Below the pieces are notes generated by a model. The model was not told where the DNA came from, searched no databases, and worked only from the letters and a program-made list of their open reading frames with translations. The position numbers were made by a program, and so were the translations under genes. A stretch of 64,000 nucleotides of DNA, taken from NCBI GenBank assembly GCA_964016885.1, contig OZ024741.1:38068001-38132000 (forward strand), in the 5' to 3' direction. This stretch comes from Eledone cirrhosa (Eukaryota). The number at the start of each line of letters is the position of its first letter. Position 1 is the stretch's first letter. Shown here one piece after another: positions 40,267-53,847 of this stretch.

Positions 40267-40841
40267 CATACGCAATACTTACATGATGCACACGTACATA
40301 CACACACGCACACATACACACACACACACATACACACACATACACACACACACACATTTAATATTATTCTCTTGTAATATCTAATGTCTTATTCCGTTAT
40401 AAATGGCGGACTTAAATTATTTTTCCATCAAATATAAATTTATGTTAAGTGAATATTTCACTTGAACTGTGAAGCGAAACACTCTGTAATTATATGTGTG
40501 TCTACACACTCGCACACATGCGCATACACAGACACACACACACACTCGCACGCATGCGCATACACAGATATATTCATGTGTGATAGTATTATATCATTCG
40601 TGACACATTGTAGATATTGTATGTGTGTTTGTGTGTGTGTGTTGTGTGTGTACACACTCGCACGCATGCACACACACACGCACACACACACACTAGCACG
40701 CATGCACACACACTCAAACACACACACATATTCACAGACGTATGTGATAATATTATATCATTCATGACACATTATAGATATTGTGTGTGTGTGTGAATGT
40801 GTATGTGTGTGTGTGCATGTGTGATTTTTTGTCTGTGTGTA

Positions 40842-40876
<35 letters not shown>

Positions 40877-40896
40877 ATGTGCGTGTGCGGGTGTGT

Positions 40897-40965
<69 letters not shown>

Positions 40966-41067
40966 AACTAATGTGTCCATGAAACTAACACATTAAAATG
41001 ATGTAAAAATATGTTTCTGACATTACTGGTTGGTCCAATAAGTACACATCGTTATACACGAACACAG

Positions 41068-41158
<91 letters not shown>

Positions 41159-41473
41159 CATATGCGAATGCATCTAGTCTCTACAAGCTCCCCCTCATCC
41201 CTGTCTGTCTGACTGCTGCTGTGTCGCTCCACTCTGTATATATATAATATATTATATATATATATATATATATGCATATATATAAATATATAAAATATAT
41301 ATATATATATGCATATTAATATATATGCATATATATATATATGCATATATATATATATGCATATATATATATATATACATATATATGTATATGTATATAT
41401 TTATTTATATGCATATATATATATATGTATGCATATATGTATGTATATTTGCATATCTCTCTCTCTCTTTCTC

Positions 41474-41557
<84 letters not shown>

Positions 41558-41711
41558 ATACATATGCTTGTGAGTATATATATACCCAGGGGTGTACACT
41601 TCAATCAGTGATAGATACAGAGATAATAAATGTACATCCAAATAAACATACATATATACGCAGAGATGTACAATCGTTCCACCCACACACACAAACACAT
41701 ACATACACAAA

Positions 41712-41818
<107 letters not shown>

Positions 41819-42240
41819 TAACGGGGTGCAAATATATGCCTGGATACAAAGGTATGTGCCATATATATACACAGTCGTCTGGGTGTAGTTAAGTGTTTTT
41901 TATGGCTGTGTGTATCTGATATTTGTGTGGATCTGTGTCTGTGTGTATGTGAATGTGTGTGTATGTGAATGTGTGTGTGTGTGTGTGTGCGTGTGTGTGT
42001 GTGTAAATGGAGTGGAATAAGCGTCTTTACCAATATGTCTAGGAGTGTAGTACAAAATCGATACATGTCTAAGTATTCGAAGAACGCAGAGTATGTATAT
42101 GCATGCATACATGTATGTATATGATGACGCGCACACACACAACACATATTTATATATATGTGTATATATTATCATATACATACATGTATGCATGCACATA
42201 CACACTTGGCGTTCTTCGAATACTTGTATATATATATTTA

Positions 42241-42300
<60 letters not shown>

Positions 42301-42346
42301 TTTATATATATATATAATATATAGTATATATATATATATATATATA

Positions 42347-42377
<31 letters not shown>

Positions 42378-42460
42378 CTATATATATAGATATACTATAT
42401 ATATGTATATATATATATATACTCTCTATATATATATTTATATATATATATTTATATATA

Positions 42461-42595
<135 letters not shown>

Positions 42596-42722
42596 CTATA
42601 TATATATATATACTCTATATATATATATATATACTATATATATATATATATACTATAAATATATATATAAGTATATATATATACTATATATATATATATA
42701 TATATATACTATATATATATAC

Positions 42723-42843
<121 letters not shown>

Positions 42844-42863
42844 TATATATATATATATATATA

Positions 42864-42899
<36 letters not shown>

Positions 42900-42912
42900 T
42901 ATAGTATATATA

Positions 42913-43075
<163 letters not shown>

Positions 43076-43159
43076 GTATATACAGAATATACACTCATCA
43101 AATCAAATATACACAGAAATTTGTCTATATATGGTACGTCGTGAAGGTAGGAGGGAGTG

Positions 43160-44510
43160 TGAACAACAATAACAATAACAACAGCAACAATAAAAACAAA
43201 ATGGCAATGTATAACTAACTCAAGAAATAACACAAACAAAACAGTAACAACAAAACAACAACAAGGTAATTCTAACAACAACAACAACAACAAGGTAATT
43301 CTAACAACAACAACAACAACAAGGTAATTCTAACAACAACAACAAGGTAATTCTAACAACAACAAAAACAAGGTAATTCTAACAACAACAACGGTAAGTC
43401 TAACAACATCAATAACTACAAAAATAAAAACAATAACAGCAGTAGCAACAACAACAGTAAGACTAACAACTACAGCGATGACAATAACAACAAAAATAAA
43501 AGTAACTACAGCGACGACAATAACAACAGCAGCAACAATAACAGCGATAATTTTAACAACAGTAACAACAACAACAATAACAACAACAGCAGCAACAATA
43601 ACAACAACAAGGCTGATTCTAAGAAGAGTAATTTTAACAACAACAGCAGCAACAACAACAACGGTAAGTCTAACAGCTACAACAACAACAACAGCAGCAA
43701 CAACAACGGTAAGTCTAACAGCTACAGCAACAACAACAACAACAACAGCAGCAACAACAGTAAGTCTAACAGCTACAGCAATAACAACAACAGCAGCAAC
43801 AACAACAACAGTAAGTCTAACAGCTACAGCAATAACAACAACATCAGCAACAACAACAACAGTAAGTCTAACAGCTACAGCAATAACAACAACAGCAGCA
43901 ACAACAACAACGGTAAGTCTAACAGCTACAGCAACAACAACAACAACAGCAGCAGCAACAGTAAGTCTAACAGCTACAGCAATAACAACAACAGCAGCAA
44001 CAACAACAACAGTAAGTCTAACAGCTACAGCAATAACAACAACAACAGCAACAACAACAACAGTAAGTCTAGCATCTACAACAATAACAACAAAAATAAA
44101 AGCAACAACAACAACAACAACGATGACAACAACAACAACAACAACGGTAAGTCTAACAACATCAATAACTACAAAAATGAAAACAATAACATCAGCAACA
44201 ACAACAACAACAACAACAACAATAACAGTAACAACAACAACGGTAAGTCTAACAACTATAGCAACAACAACAAAAGTAAAAACAACAACAGCAACAGCAA
44301 CAAGAACAAGAACAACGGTAATTCTAATAAAAACAACAGTGCCGATTCTAACAAGAGCAATTTTAACAACAGCAACAGCAACAACAACAACAACAACGGT
44401 AAGTCTAACAGCTACAGCAGCAACAACAACAACTGTAAGTCCAACAACAACAACGGTATGTCTAACAACGACAACGACAACAACGATGACAACAACAACA
44501 ACAAAAGGCA
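43160..44510. repeat. (ACA)n-based minisatellite with ~45-50-bp higher-order unit
   Basis: Recurrent 'ac(a/g)gtaagtctaacagctacagcaa' anchors; Thr-rich frame open at 43478-44518. Confidence 0.85.
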
Positions 44511-45104
44511 AGCCTTAAAAACCTTAAAAAGTCCTGCTTCGTTGGAGGTGATCGGTTGCTTTTGGTATGAAGTTTTTAGATGAGAGACTGACACAATCAA
44601 TAAGTCAGTAGCACGCCTGATAGCACTCTCTCCATGCTTGGTTAACGTTGCATTCTAGTGAATCGGAAACGGCATTCGTCATGTCATACACCACCACATT
44701 ATAGATAGCTAGATAGCTAGAGATAGATAGATAGGTAGATAGATATCTTTCTGTAGATAGATAGATGGATAGATAGATAGATAGATAGATAGGTAGATAA
44801 ATGGATGGATGGATGGGTAGATAGATTGATAGATAGATAGATAAATTGATAGGTAGATAGGTAGAAAGATAGGTAGATAGGTAGATATATATATATATTT
44901 ATTTATTTATTATATAGATAGATTGATAGGTATATAGATAGATAGACAGATTGATAGAGATAGATAGATATATTGATTGATAAATCGATTGGCAGATAAA
45001 TAGCTGGATAGATTGATACGTAGATAGGGAGATAGTAAGAGAGATGGATAAATAGATAGAAAGGCAGATTTCTAGATAGGCAGAGGTAGATCGATGCTTT
45101 AAAA

Positions 45105-45265
45105 GATATCTTTCTTTATTTGCCACAGAGGCGTACAAAAATGGGACATTACAAGACGTGACGGCGGGGGTTTTACATAAAAATCATATAACTTTAACAT
45201 TAATAAATAAGAATAAACTATGTATAATAAAATAACAATTGAAATCCCCAATAGGGGGGAACGTT
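45105..45265 (-). mobile_element. 3' UTR remnant of a Tx1-like element
   Basis: 'ttctttatt..ccaca', 'gtacaaaaatgggacatt' and 'ccccaatagggggg' match 11627-11775. Confidence 0.55.
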
Positions 45266-45417
45266 ACTGCAGGGTTGTTTTACACCTCGTAGATAGAACA
45301 ACCCTCAACACCAGGAACACGTTTTGTAGGTGTTCCCGTCTTCCCTCTGTTTATCTTCCTCAACCTACAGGTTTCTATACAGAGATGGCCCATAAACAAA
45401 ACGATAACTTGTTATCC

Positions 45418-45490
<73 letters not shown>

Positions 45491-46779
45491 GTGTGTGTGT
45501 CACATGTGCTTTCACAACCTGAGAGATTCCGACGAAAAATGAACAAAAACCCGTTGAGAAAGTGATGCCTTGTTCGATCATTATACCAAAAGCTTATTAT
45601 TTTTTTTAAGCAAACAGTATTATTGATTTAGGTGTTGCAGAAACCCAAATTATGGAGTATTACATCTTCCCCGAGGGTCCGGGTAACTATTTCAATCATA
45701 TCTCATTTTGTTTGACTCGTTTAGCTTGTTCGCTTTTTTTTGGCCATGGTGGCTATGGCTTCTTAACCATCGTCTCAGCGTGTATGACCATTTTAACTTA
45801 TGTTTATAGCTCTGCTATCCTCTTCATATGCATGGAACGCTTGTCTACACATTATTGAAGTTGCGTTTCGCTAATTTCTACCCGCTGAAATGCGATTCTC
45901 GCTAAATTATATCTGTATATATCTATATATATATAAATATATGAGACGTTTAAACAAACGTTTCCATTCATAGTAGGCGGCCATCGGCTGAAGAAGTGTA
46001 TCCGGCGTCAAATTACGCAATGTCTGCTGATATTACGTAACTACTGTGAATAATGGTTCCAGCTGGAACTATTGTTGATAAACAGTAAAACAGAAACTGA
46101 TGATCAGTTCAGGTATATATGATATACTAATATCCATACCTACACGTATACGTCCACTGAGTAATGGGTTTATATATCCAATGTACAAATCTTATACCAT
46201 TGAGTAAGAGACGGCCGAAGCTGTACCATTTCTCGTCTATTATATATAGATTTGAAAATATGAACGTCCCAAATGCAGAAAATGATTGTAACAACATTTG
46301 ATCACTAGAGACAATAGTTGAGAAAATTTGGCGAAGAGATGGAAAAATGTAGTTATAAATACCCGTGAGGAATCGAACTTCGCATCTTTCGAATACTTTG
46401 CGAGTGTATTAGCCAAAATGCCAATACCCTCTTCCTTCATGTCAGTATGCTATATATCTTGTAGCTAGAATGTAGCTGGCATGTAAACAGACTTTACGGG
46501 TTTACGAAGCGCTAGGAGAATTCAGCATTTGAATTGCAATTTGTTTATTTCTTAATTGTACTATAAAGTGTGGAATAGTTTTGTGGCACTACTACAAGTT
46601 AGTCACCGCAATAAACTGCAATAGAAATGTATCAGTGACAAGGTCACAGATGTGCGATGAAACTATTCAACATTTTGTATATTTCATTGTAGAATTATAT
46701 GAAAGAAATAATTAAATGAAAGAAAGAAAATTGCTTGCCATGACTCTAAATTAAAAACCAATATTTTATACACATTTAA

Positions 46780-47175
46780 GGGCGATGGATTGGCAAACGC
46801 GTTAAGGCTTTGGATAACATGCTTCACAGCATTTTGTTCCAGCTTTTTACGTTCTGAATTCAAATCTCTCTGAAGTTAACTTTACGTATCATTCATCTAA
46901 GGTTGATAAGGACCAATCAAGAAGTGAGTTGATATAATCGACATTTTCTTTCCACTAAAATTGCTGGTCTTGTACCGAAATTACAAACTATTATTTTATA
47001 AATATCTGTAATAAATATTGTAATAAATATCTGCATCTCTGCGACGAGTTTGCAGAGTCGTTCTAACGCTGAATTAAATGTTTCAGTATTTTGTTACGGA
47101 TCTTTGCGCTAAGAGTTCAAATCCCGTCGAAGTCTATTTTGCCTTCCTACTTTTGGAGTCTAGAAATAATGTACT
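46780..47175 (+). mobile_element. Two diverged tRNA-derived SINEs (46780-46990, 47040-47175)
   Basis: B-box-like gaattcaaatc / gagttcaaatccc and SINE core. Confidence 0.65.
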
Positions 47176-47183
47176 AGTTAAGG

Positions 47184-47391
47184 CAGTGGTTCTCAACCCT
47201 TTTTTGCCAACGGCACAACTTGGAACACATGAAAGAATTGCGGCACACCTGGCTAAATATATATGAAAAATAATATTTTTCATATATATTTATTAACTTT
47301 TTCATATATAATATTTTTGTTCTTAGTGAGCCGTTCAAAATTTCGCGGCAGACTTTGGAAGATCTCGCGGCACACTAGTTGAGAATCACTG
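47184..47391. mobile_element. hAT (Charlie-like) MITE
   Basis: TIRs cagtggttctcaac/gttgagaatcactg; perfect 8-bp TSD agttaagg at 47176-47183 and 47392-47399. Confidence 0.9.
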
Positions 47392-48179
47392 AGTTAAGGA
47401 GAGGTGTGTTTTAGGTAGAACATACTTTGTGCTATATGATCTAGCTCTGTGTTTTCCAAGTCCAAATCCAACTTTTTCTCGCCTGGTATTGTGATTGACA
47501 GATAATAACAGCAATGGAAAGACCAATGGAAATATAGTTTCGTTGATACGATCTGATGATCGGCTGCTTTACTTTATTCATATAAATTTTGCTAGCAATA
47601 TTACTGGTACTTATCTTACAGAAATGTAGGTGAAGTTTACTTTCAGAAATATAATGAATCAACACTTATATACCTTATATAAACCTCTGCACAGATTTAT
47701 CACTTGTGCCAACAACACCACACATATGAGCACACGAACCCACATATGTAATTCATACTAGAAACACGAAGATATGTGCAAGCATACACAATTACACATA
47801 CAACCGCGTATACATGTTGATATTGTGCAGACTTATAGCACTAACACAGCGTGACGTATGTATGTCTATCGTGTGTATTGTATCTACTCCGTATAGGTCT
47901 CTAACACAAATATGTACAGGCGTGCTATATAGACCTGCATATATATATGTGTTTGTATGTGTACGTCTATATATATCTGTATATCTATACGTGTGTGAGT
48001 ATACGTATGTATGTATGTATGTATGCATGTATGTGTGTATGTATGTACGTATGTATGTATGTATGTATGTATGTATGTATGTATGTATGTATGTATGTAT
48101 GTATGTATGTATGTATGTATGTATTCATGTATGTGTGTATGTATGTATGTATGTATGTATGTATGTATGTATGTTGTAT

Positions 48180-48776
48180 GTTGGTGCTACTGGTAACATG
48201 TATCCCAGTACAACCTGTCTCATGGTCGGGTGGTTGGCGACTAAACTGGCAACCACACCAAGGTTTCTTGGTGAGGAGGGTGACTTTGGACATCCTGCAG
48301 GACTAAAAACAAAACCTGTCAAAAAGGGCAAAGGAGCTCTTAAGAGTCAATGGCCATCCAAAATCACCGGGAGAGATGACCCCTTAGCCTTTGTCAAGGC
48401 AGAATTTTAGGAGAAGGAAAACTCTGATATAACACCTGCAACCCTGATGGTATCCAATGATGTTGACTTGTTCTTCTTTTTGGTAAATATCATCTTGGTT
48501 AAGAGTGTGGGACTGGCTTTGTGCAGTGCCTTTGCTCACTATAAAAGCTTCACGGCACAGGCATTACTTTATATCTGGAGATCTCTCTGCACTTGTCGTC
48601 ACATGGTACCATGGGCCCAGCACTGTGTGTCAATAATTGTCACAAGTGTAGTGTTTGTACCAGAGTTTTCAAGTCGCTGGCTGGACTAATGTCACACACA
48701 TTAAGCGCATCGGTAGGGTTCTCCTACATGGATATAAAGTAGTGGCCGTACTCGAAAACGAGTTGGCAGCCACCAT
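48180..48776 (+). mobile_element. Non-autonomous RTE-derived short element, near full length
   Basis: Matches 60345-60954; (ATGT)n on both sides. Confidence 0.9.
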
Positions 48777-48954
48777 GTATGTATGTATGTAGTACGTATG
48801 TATGTATGTAGTATATAGTATGTATGTATGTGTGTATGTATGTAGTATGTATGTATGTATGTATGTATGTATGTATGTATGTATGTATGTATGTATGTAT
48901 GTATGTATGTATGTATGTGTGTATGTATGTGTGTATGTATGTATGTGTGTATAT

Positions 48955-50708
48955 ATGTTCTTCTGGTTTTATAATTTCACAAATGTTTGCCAATAGAGAG
49001 AGAGTCGGTTTCTAACATAGACACAAGACTCTCTCATTGGAATTTACACAACATCAACTAGGTAGATATCTATGTAATCATGCATGTGTAGATATGGATG
49101 TTATTGTATGTGTGGATGTGGATGTTTTGAGTTGTATGTGTGCATGTGTATATGCTTAGTATCTGTACATGTGTATATGCAGTTATTAGATGCAAAGTAT
49201 GTATGTATGTATGTATGTTCTTCTGGTTTTATAATTTCAGAAAGTTTTACCAATAGCGAGAGAGTCGATTTCTAACATAGACACAAGACTTTCTCATTGG
49301 AATTTACACAACATCAACTGGGTAGATATGTATGTATGCATGCATGTGTAGATATGGATGTTATTGTATGTGTGGATGTGGATGTTTTGAGTTGTATGTG
49401 TGCATGTGTATATGCTTTGTATCTGTACATGTGTATATGCAGTTATTAGATGCAAAATTTTTGGAATGTTTTACATATTTTTACTGTTCCATTAATGGAT
49501 TGTACTTGTAGTTTCCTAACTAGTTGTGTTATTTCTGTTCCTGTGAAGCCTAGCTTCTCAAGATTTGTATTGAGGTAGTTACTAACATACCCCAGTGCCC
49601 CAATAATCACAGGCATAAATCTGAAGGTGTAATCAGGGTGGAGTATCTGCAGATTTCTCATCAGTTCTGCATAAATATTCTCCTTTTCACTAATCTTTGA
49701 TATTATATTGGCATCTGCTGGGCAGCTAATTTCCACTACTGTGCATGTTTTCTTCTCCCTGTCCCATATCATAATATCTGGTCTGTTATGCCTGCATTTT
49801 ATTGGGGTTTTTACTGGAACATTCCACCAGTACTCTTTCATATTATGTACATGGATGTCTTCCACATTGTTGTAGCTTTTAATGTGTTTATTATCGGGGC
49901 TATCTTTTTTACGAACTGCATTGTACAGTGTTTTGGCCACTACATCATGCCTCATAGGTAGATAGTACCGCGATGACATCTTTGGACAGCTGCTGATGAC
50001 ATGGGTGATATCCTCGATGTTAGTTCTGCAGAGTCTGCACTTGTTATCACATCTAGGTGTTTTGCCTGCATCTCTATCTCTTTTGTGAATCAGGTAATTC
50101 GTGCTAATATCCTGTCCTTGGATTGCAAAAGAGTATCCTTCAAAGTGGGAGCCAATATAGCGGTTGTTGGTCCAAGATAGACTACTTTCCTTATCTATAT
50201 TACTCTCACTCTGGAGCTTCCTGGCAACATATCCATGCATGATTTTTTGCTGATAGGCATGCAGTTTTTCATCCATGGATTCACTGCGATACTGCTGAGA
50301 GACATCCCTGGGTGTGAGTTTTTGATTATCACACAGGGAATATCTCTCAAGGAGTTCGTTCCCAACTTTCATGATCTTATCTGTTTTATGCAGATAGACT
50401 TGCTCGAGAAGCGGGCTCCTACGCTTCGAGGTTCGTAGATGTTGTCGGAGAGATATGATGCGACATTCAAATGTTGTCTGGACTGATTTTAGGCCTCTGC
50501 CTTCCTGCTTACGTTTCAAGTAAAGGCGGTCTATGTCACTGTTGATGTGGAAGTTTCCGGTGTTGTTCAGTATTTTTCGAGTTCCAACATCAACTGCTCG
50601 GATTTCGTCTATCTTCCAATTGAGTATTCCAAACGTTGGTGTTAGGACAGGCACAGCAAACACATTGTGAGCCACTGTTTTGTTTTGCGCAGAGAGTTCC
50701 GATGACCA
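48955..50708 (-). mobile_element. 5'-truncated R4/Dong-like RLE non-LTR retrotransposon with duplicated 3' UTR
   Basis: ORF below; 3' UTR copies at ~48955-49195 and ~49215-49455; (TACA)n at the junctions. Confidence 0.85.
49446..50708 (-). CDS. RT thumb + CCHC zinc knuckle + PD-(D/E)xK restriction-like endonuclease, partial
   Basis: RLYLKRKQEGRGL, CRLC..EDITHVISSC, RHD, RPDIMIWD..VEISCP..KENIY. Confidence 0.88.
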   Translation of the reverse strand, partial: WSSELSAQNKTVAHNVFAVPVLTPTFGILNWKIDEIRAVDVGTRKILNNTGNFHINSDIDRLYLKRKQEGRGLKSVQTTFECRIISLRQHLRTSKRRSPLLEQVYLHKTDKIMKVGNELLERYSLCDNQKLTPRDVSQQYRSESMDEKLHAYQQKIMHGYVARKLQSESNIDKESSLSWTNNRYIGSHFEGYSFAIQGQDISTNYLIHKRDRDAGKTPRCDNKCRLCRTNIEDITHVISSCPKMSSRYYLPMRHDVVAKTLYNAVRKKDSPDNKHIKSYNNVEDIHVHNMKEYWWNVPVKTPIKCRHNRPDIMIWDREKKTCTVVEISCPADANIISKISEKENIYAELMRNLQILHPDYTFRFMPVIIGALGYVSNYLNTNLEKLGFTGTEITQLVRKLQVQSINGTVKICKTFQKFCI

Positions 50709-50779
50709 TGTATGTATGTATGTATGTATGTATGTATGTATGTATGTATGTATGTATGTATGTATGTATGTATGTATGT

Positions 50780-51102
50780 ATGATGTTGACTTGTTGTTCT
50801 TTTTGGTAAATATCATCTTGGTCAAGAGAGTGGGACTGGCTTTGTGCAGTGCCTTTGCTCACTATAAAAGCTTCACGGCACAGGCATTGCTTTATATCTG
50901 GAGATCTCTCTGCACTTGTCGTCACATGGTACCATGGGCCCAGCACTATGTGTCAATAATTGTCACGAGTGTAGTGTTTGTACCAGAGTTTTTAAGTCGC
51001 TGGCTGGACTAAAAAGTCACACTCGTTCAGCGCATCGGTAGGGGTTCTCCTACATGGATATAAAGTAGTGGCCGTACTCGAAAACGAGTTGGCAGCCACC
51101 AT
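50780..51102 (+). mobile_element. Non-autonomous RTE-derived short element, 5'-truncated
   Basis: Matches the 3' half of 60345-60954. Confidence 0.9.
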
Positions 51103-51184
51103 GTATGTATGTAAGTATGTATGTATGTATGTATGTATGTATGTATGTATGTATGTATGTATGTATGTATGTATGTATGTATGT

Positions 51185-51234
<50 letters not shown>

Positions 51235-51253
51235 ATATGTGTATATATATATG

Positions 51254-51322
<69 letters not shown>

Positions 51323-51391
51323 TATGAAGAGAGAAGAAACATTTAGATATAATTAGTAATAAAATGTATCATACCTAAACTGTTCCTAAAT

Positions 51392-51479
51392 TCCTCGACT
51401 ACGTAGTTTCGTGGCATAAACAAAAACAATATATCAAAGATATAGAGTCCTTGCGAGGTCTGCCAACTTATCAAGAGGA
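51392..51479 (-). ncRNA. Type I hammerhead ribozyme, U3-A8 core
   Basis: Reverse complement of 52701-52788. Confidence 0.8.
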
Positions 51480-51982
51480 TACCTCATTTTACTAGTCTCA
51501 AGAACGCGTCTACACGACGTGAGAAAGAATCCCAAAAGGCGGAGGGGGAGATAGTCACGCGATATAACGGTCGAGAAACAGAGCTAAGCCTCTTATAACC
51601 ACGAAGAAAATACCACGGAGGCGGAGGGGGTATTCATATCGAGGCCGTAGAAGAGGTAGTGAAGAAGGCGAGAAGTATGAGTAATGGAAGCTTTCCAGTT
51701 GTCCCCACACTTCAAAGATTGCTCGACCAGAGGGAGTTATTAATATATTTAAAAACACACAGATACATGCGGACACACACATATATACATGAATGCATCC
51801 GCACCCAACTGTGAGTTAAGGGTGCCAACTTCACCGATGTTGCTCAATGAATGACTGGGACAGACCAATTCAGTTTGAACCAGACTGAACCAGTATCAGA
51901 GTTAAAAATACATTATGAAGAGAGAAGAAACATTTAGATATAATTAGTAATAAAATGTATCATACCTAAACTGTTCCTAAAT

Positions 51983-52070
51983 TCCTCGACTACGTAGTTT
52001 CGTGGCATAAACAAAAACAATATATCAAAGATATAGAGTCCTTGCGAGGTCTGCCAACTTATCAAGAGGA
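51983..52070 (-). ncRNA. Type I hammerhead ribozyme, U3-A8 core
   Basis: Tandem copy 591 nt from 51392. Confidence 0.8.
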
Positions 52071-52700
52071 TACCTCATTTTACTAGTCTCAAGAACGCGT
52101 CTACACGACGTGAGAAAGAATCCCAAAAGGCGGAGGGGGAGATAGTCACGCGATATAACGGTCGAGAAACAGAGCTAAGCCTCTTATAACCACGAAGAAA
52201 ATACCACGGAGGCGGAGGGGGTATTCATATCGAGGCCGTAGAAGAGGTAGTGAAGAAGGCGAGAAGTATGAGTAATGGAAGCTTTCCAGTTGTCCCCACA
52301 CTTCAAAGATTGCTCGACCAGAGGGAGTTATTAATATATTTAAAAACACACAGATACATGCGGACACACACATATATACATGAATGCATCCGCACCCAAC
52401 TGTGAGTTAAGGGTGCCAACTTCACCGATGTTGCTCAATGAATGACTGGGACAGACCAATTCAGTTTGAACCAGACTGAACCAGTATCAGAGTTAAAAAT
52501 ACATTATGAAGAGAGAAGAAACATTTAGATATAATTAGTAATAAAATGTATCATACCTAAACTGTGGTATTTTCTTCGTGGTTATAAGAGGCTTAGCTCT
52601 GTTTCTCGACCGTTATATCGCGTGACTATCTCCCCCTCCGCCTTTTGGGATTCTTTCTCACGTCGTGTAGACGCGTTCTTGAGACTAGTAAAATGAGGTA

Positions 52701-52788
52701 TCCTCTTGATAAGTTGGCAGACCTCGCAAGGACTCTATATCTTTGATATATTGTTTTTGTTTATGCCACGAAACTACGTAGTCGAGGA
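52701..52788 (+). ncRNA. Type I hammerhead ribozyme, U3-A8 core
   Basis: tcctc-TTGATAA-gttggca...tgccac-GAAA-ctacgtag-TC-gagga. Confidence 0.8.
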
Positions 52789-53022
52789 ATTTAGGAACAG
52801 TTTAGGTATGATACATTTTATTACTAATTATATCTAAATGTTTCTTCTCTCTTCATAATGTATTTTTAACTCTGATACTGGTTCAGTCTGGTTCAAACTG
52901 AATTGGTCTGTCCCAGTCATTCATTGAGCAACATCGGTGAAGTTGGCACCCTTAACTCACAGTTGGGTGCGGATGCATTCATGTATATATGTGTGTGTCC
53001 GCGTGTATCTGTGTGTTTTTAA

Positions 53023-53064
<42 letters not shown>

Positions 53065-53210
53065 TGTATATATATATGTATATGTATATATGTATGTGTA
53101 TGTATATGTATATTTATGTATGTGAATGTATATGTATGTGTATATATGTATATGTATATATATATGTATGTATATGTATATATATATATATATGTGTATA
53201 TATGTATATG

Positions 53211-53255
<45 letters not shown>

Positions 53256-53368
53256 GTATGTGTGTATATGGATATATGTATATATGTATATATATGTATG
53301 TATATATAGGTATGTATATGTATATATGTACATGTATATATGTATATATATATGTATATATATACATG

Positions 53369-53409
<41 letters not shown>

Positions 53410-53631
53410 TTCGTTTCTGAATTTGTTTAGCAAGATTCTTTATCTGAAATCGTGTGTTGAAACCGATATTGTTATACTTTGGGAGGGTCATGTTGCCAAT
53501 AAGAAACACACGCACCAGTTGCTTTCACTTCAATTTATTATATATTTATAAATTTATAAATTTACAAATCTACAAACTTATAAATTTCTGGTTGGTTGGT
53601 TGGTTCCACAACCAGATAGTTGTTTATATAT

Positions 53632-53676
53632 AGTCATAGTCCTTTCGTCACACACTCTGTGACCTCTTCAGTGACT
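53632..53676 (-). ncRNA. Minimal hammerhead ribozyme
   Basis: Inverted copy of 54539-54583. Confidence 0.7.
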
Positions 53677-53816
53677 GGGGATTCCTTTCTTTGTTTCTGT
53701 GCCTTTCCTTTCTTCTGTCCTACGCCATTTTGTTTCTGTGTGTGTGTTGTGTGCTCAGTTTGCGCATGCGCCACATCCGGGTGTCTGTGTGTGTTTGTGT
53801 TCATTTATCTATTTGT

Positions 53817-53847
<31 letters not shown>

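Larger units (their letters stand above)
51318..53027 (-). mobile_element. Retrozyme-like tandem array, 591-nt unit (~2.1 units + inverted ~460 nt)
   Basis: Units start at 51321, 51912 and 52503 and appear identical; inverted segment at 52564-53027; flanked by (TA)n. Confidence 0.85.

Noticed and set aside
46360-46425. tRNA-like sequence on the minus strand (also ~2930-2995)
   Set aside because: Only a B-box; no full cloverleaf, likely a decayed SINE head
47502-47606. Possible plus-strand exon (NNSNGKTNGNIVSLIRSDDRLLYFIHINFASNIT), and another near 61326-61412
   Set aside because: Weak splice signals and no recognisable protein similarity
51555-51782. 75-aa ORF in the 591-nt unit
   Set aside because: Not preserved in the diverged subfamily at 31.6-32.7 kb
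51318-52564. Tandem array as CRISPR or simple satellite
   Set aside because: Eukaryotic context, no repeat-spacer pattern; dispersed low-copy arrays with a ribozyme fit a retroelement better
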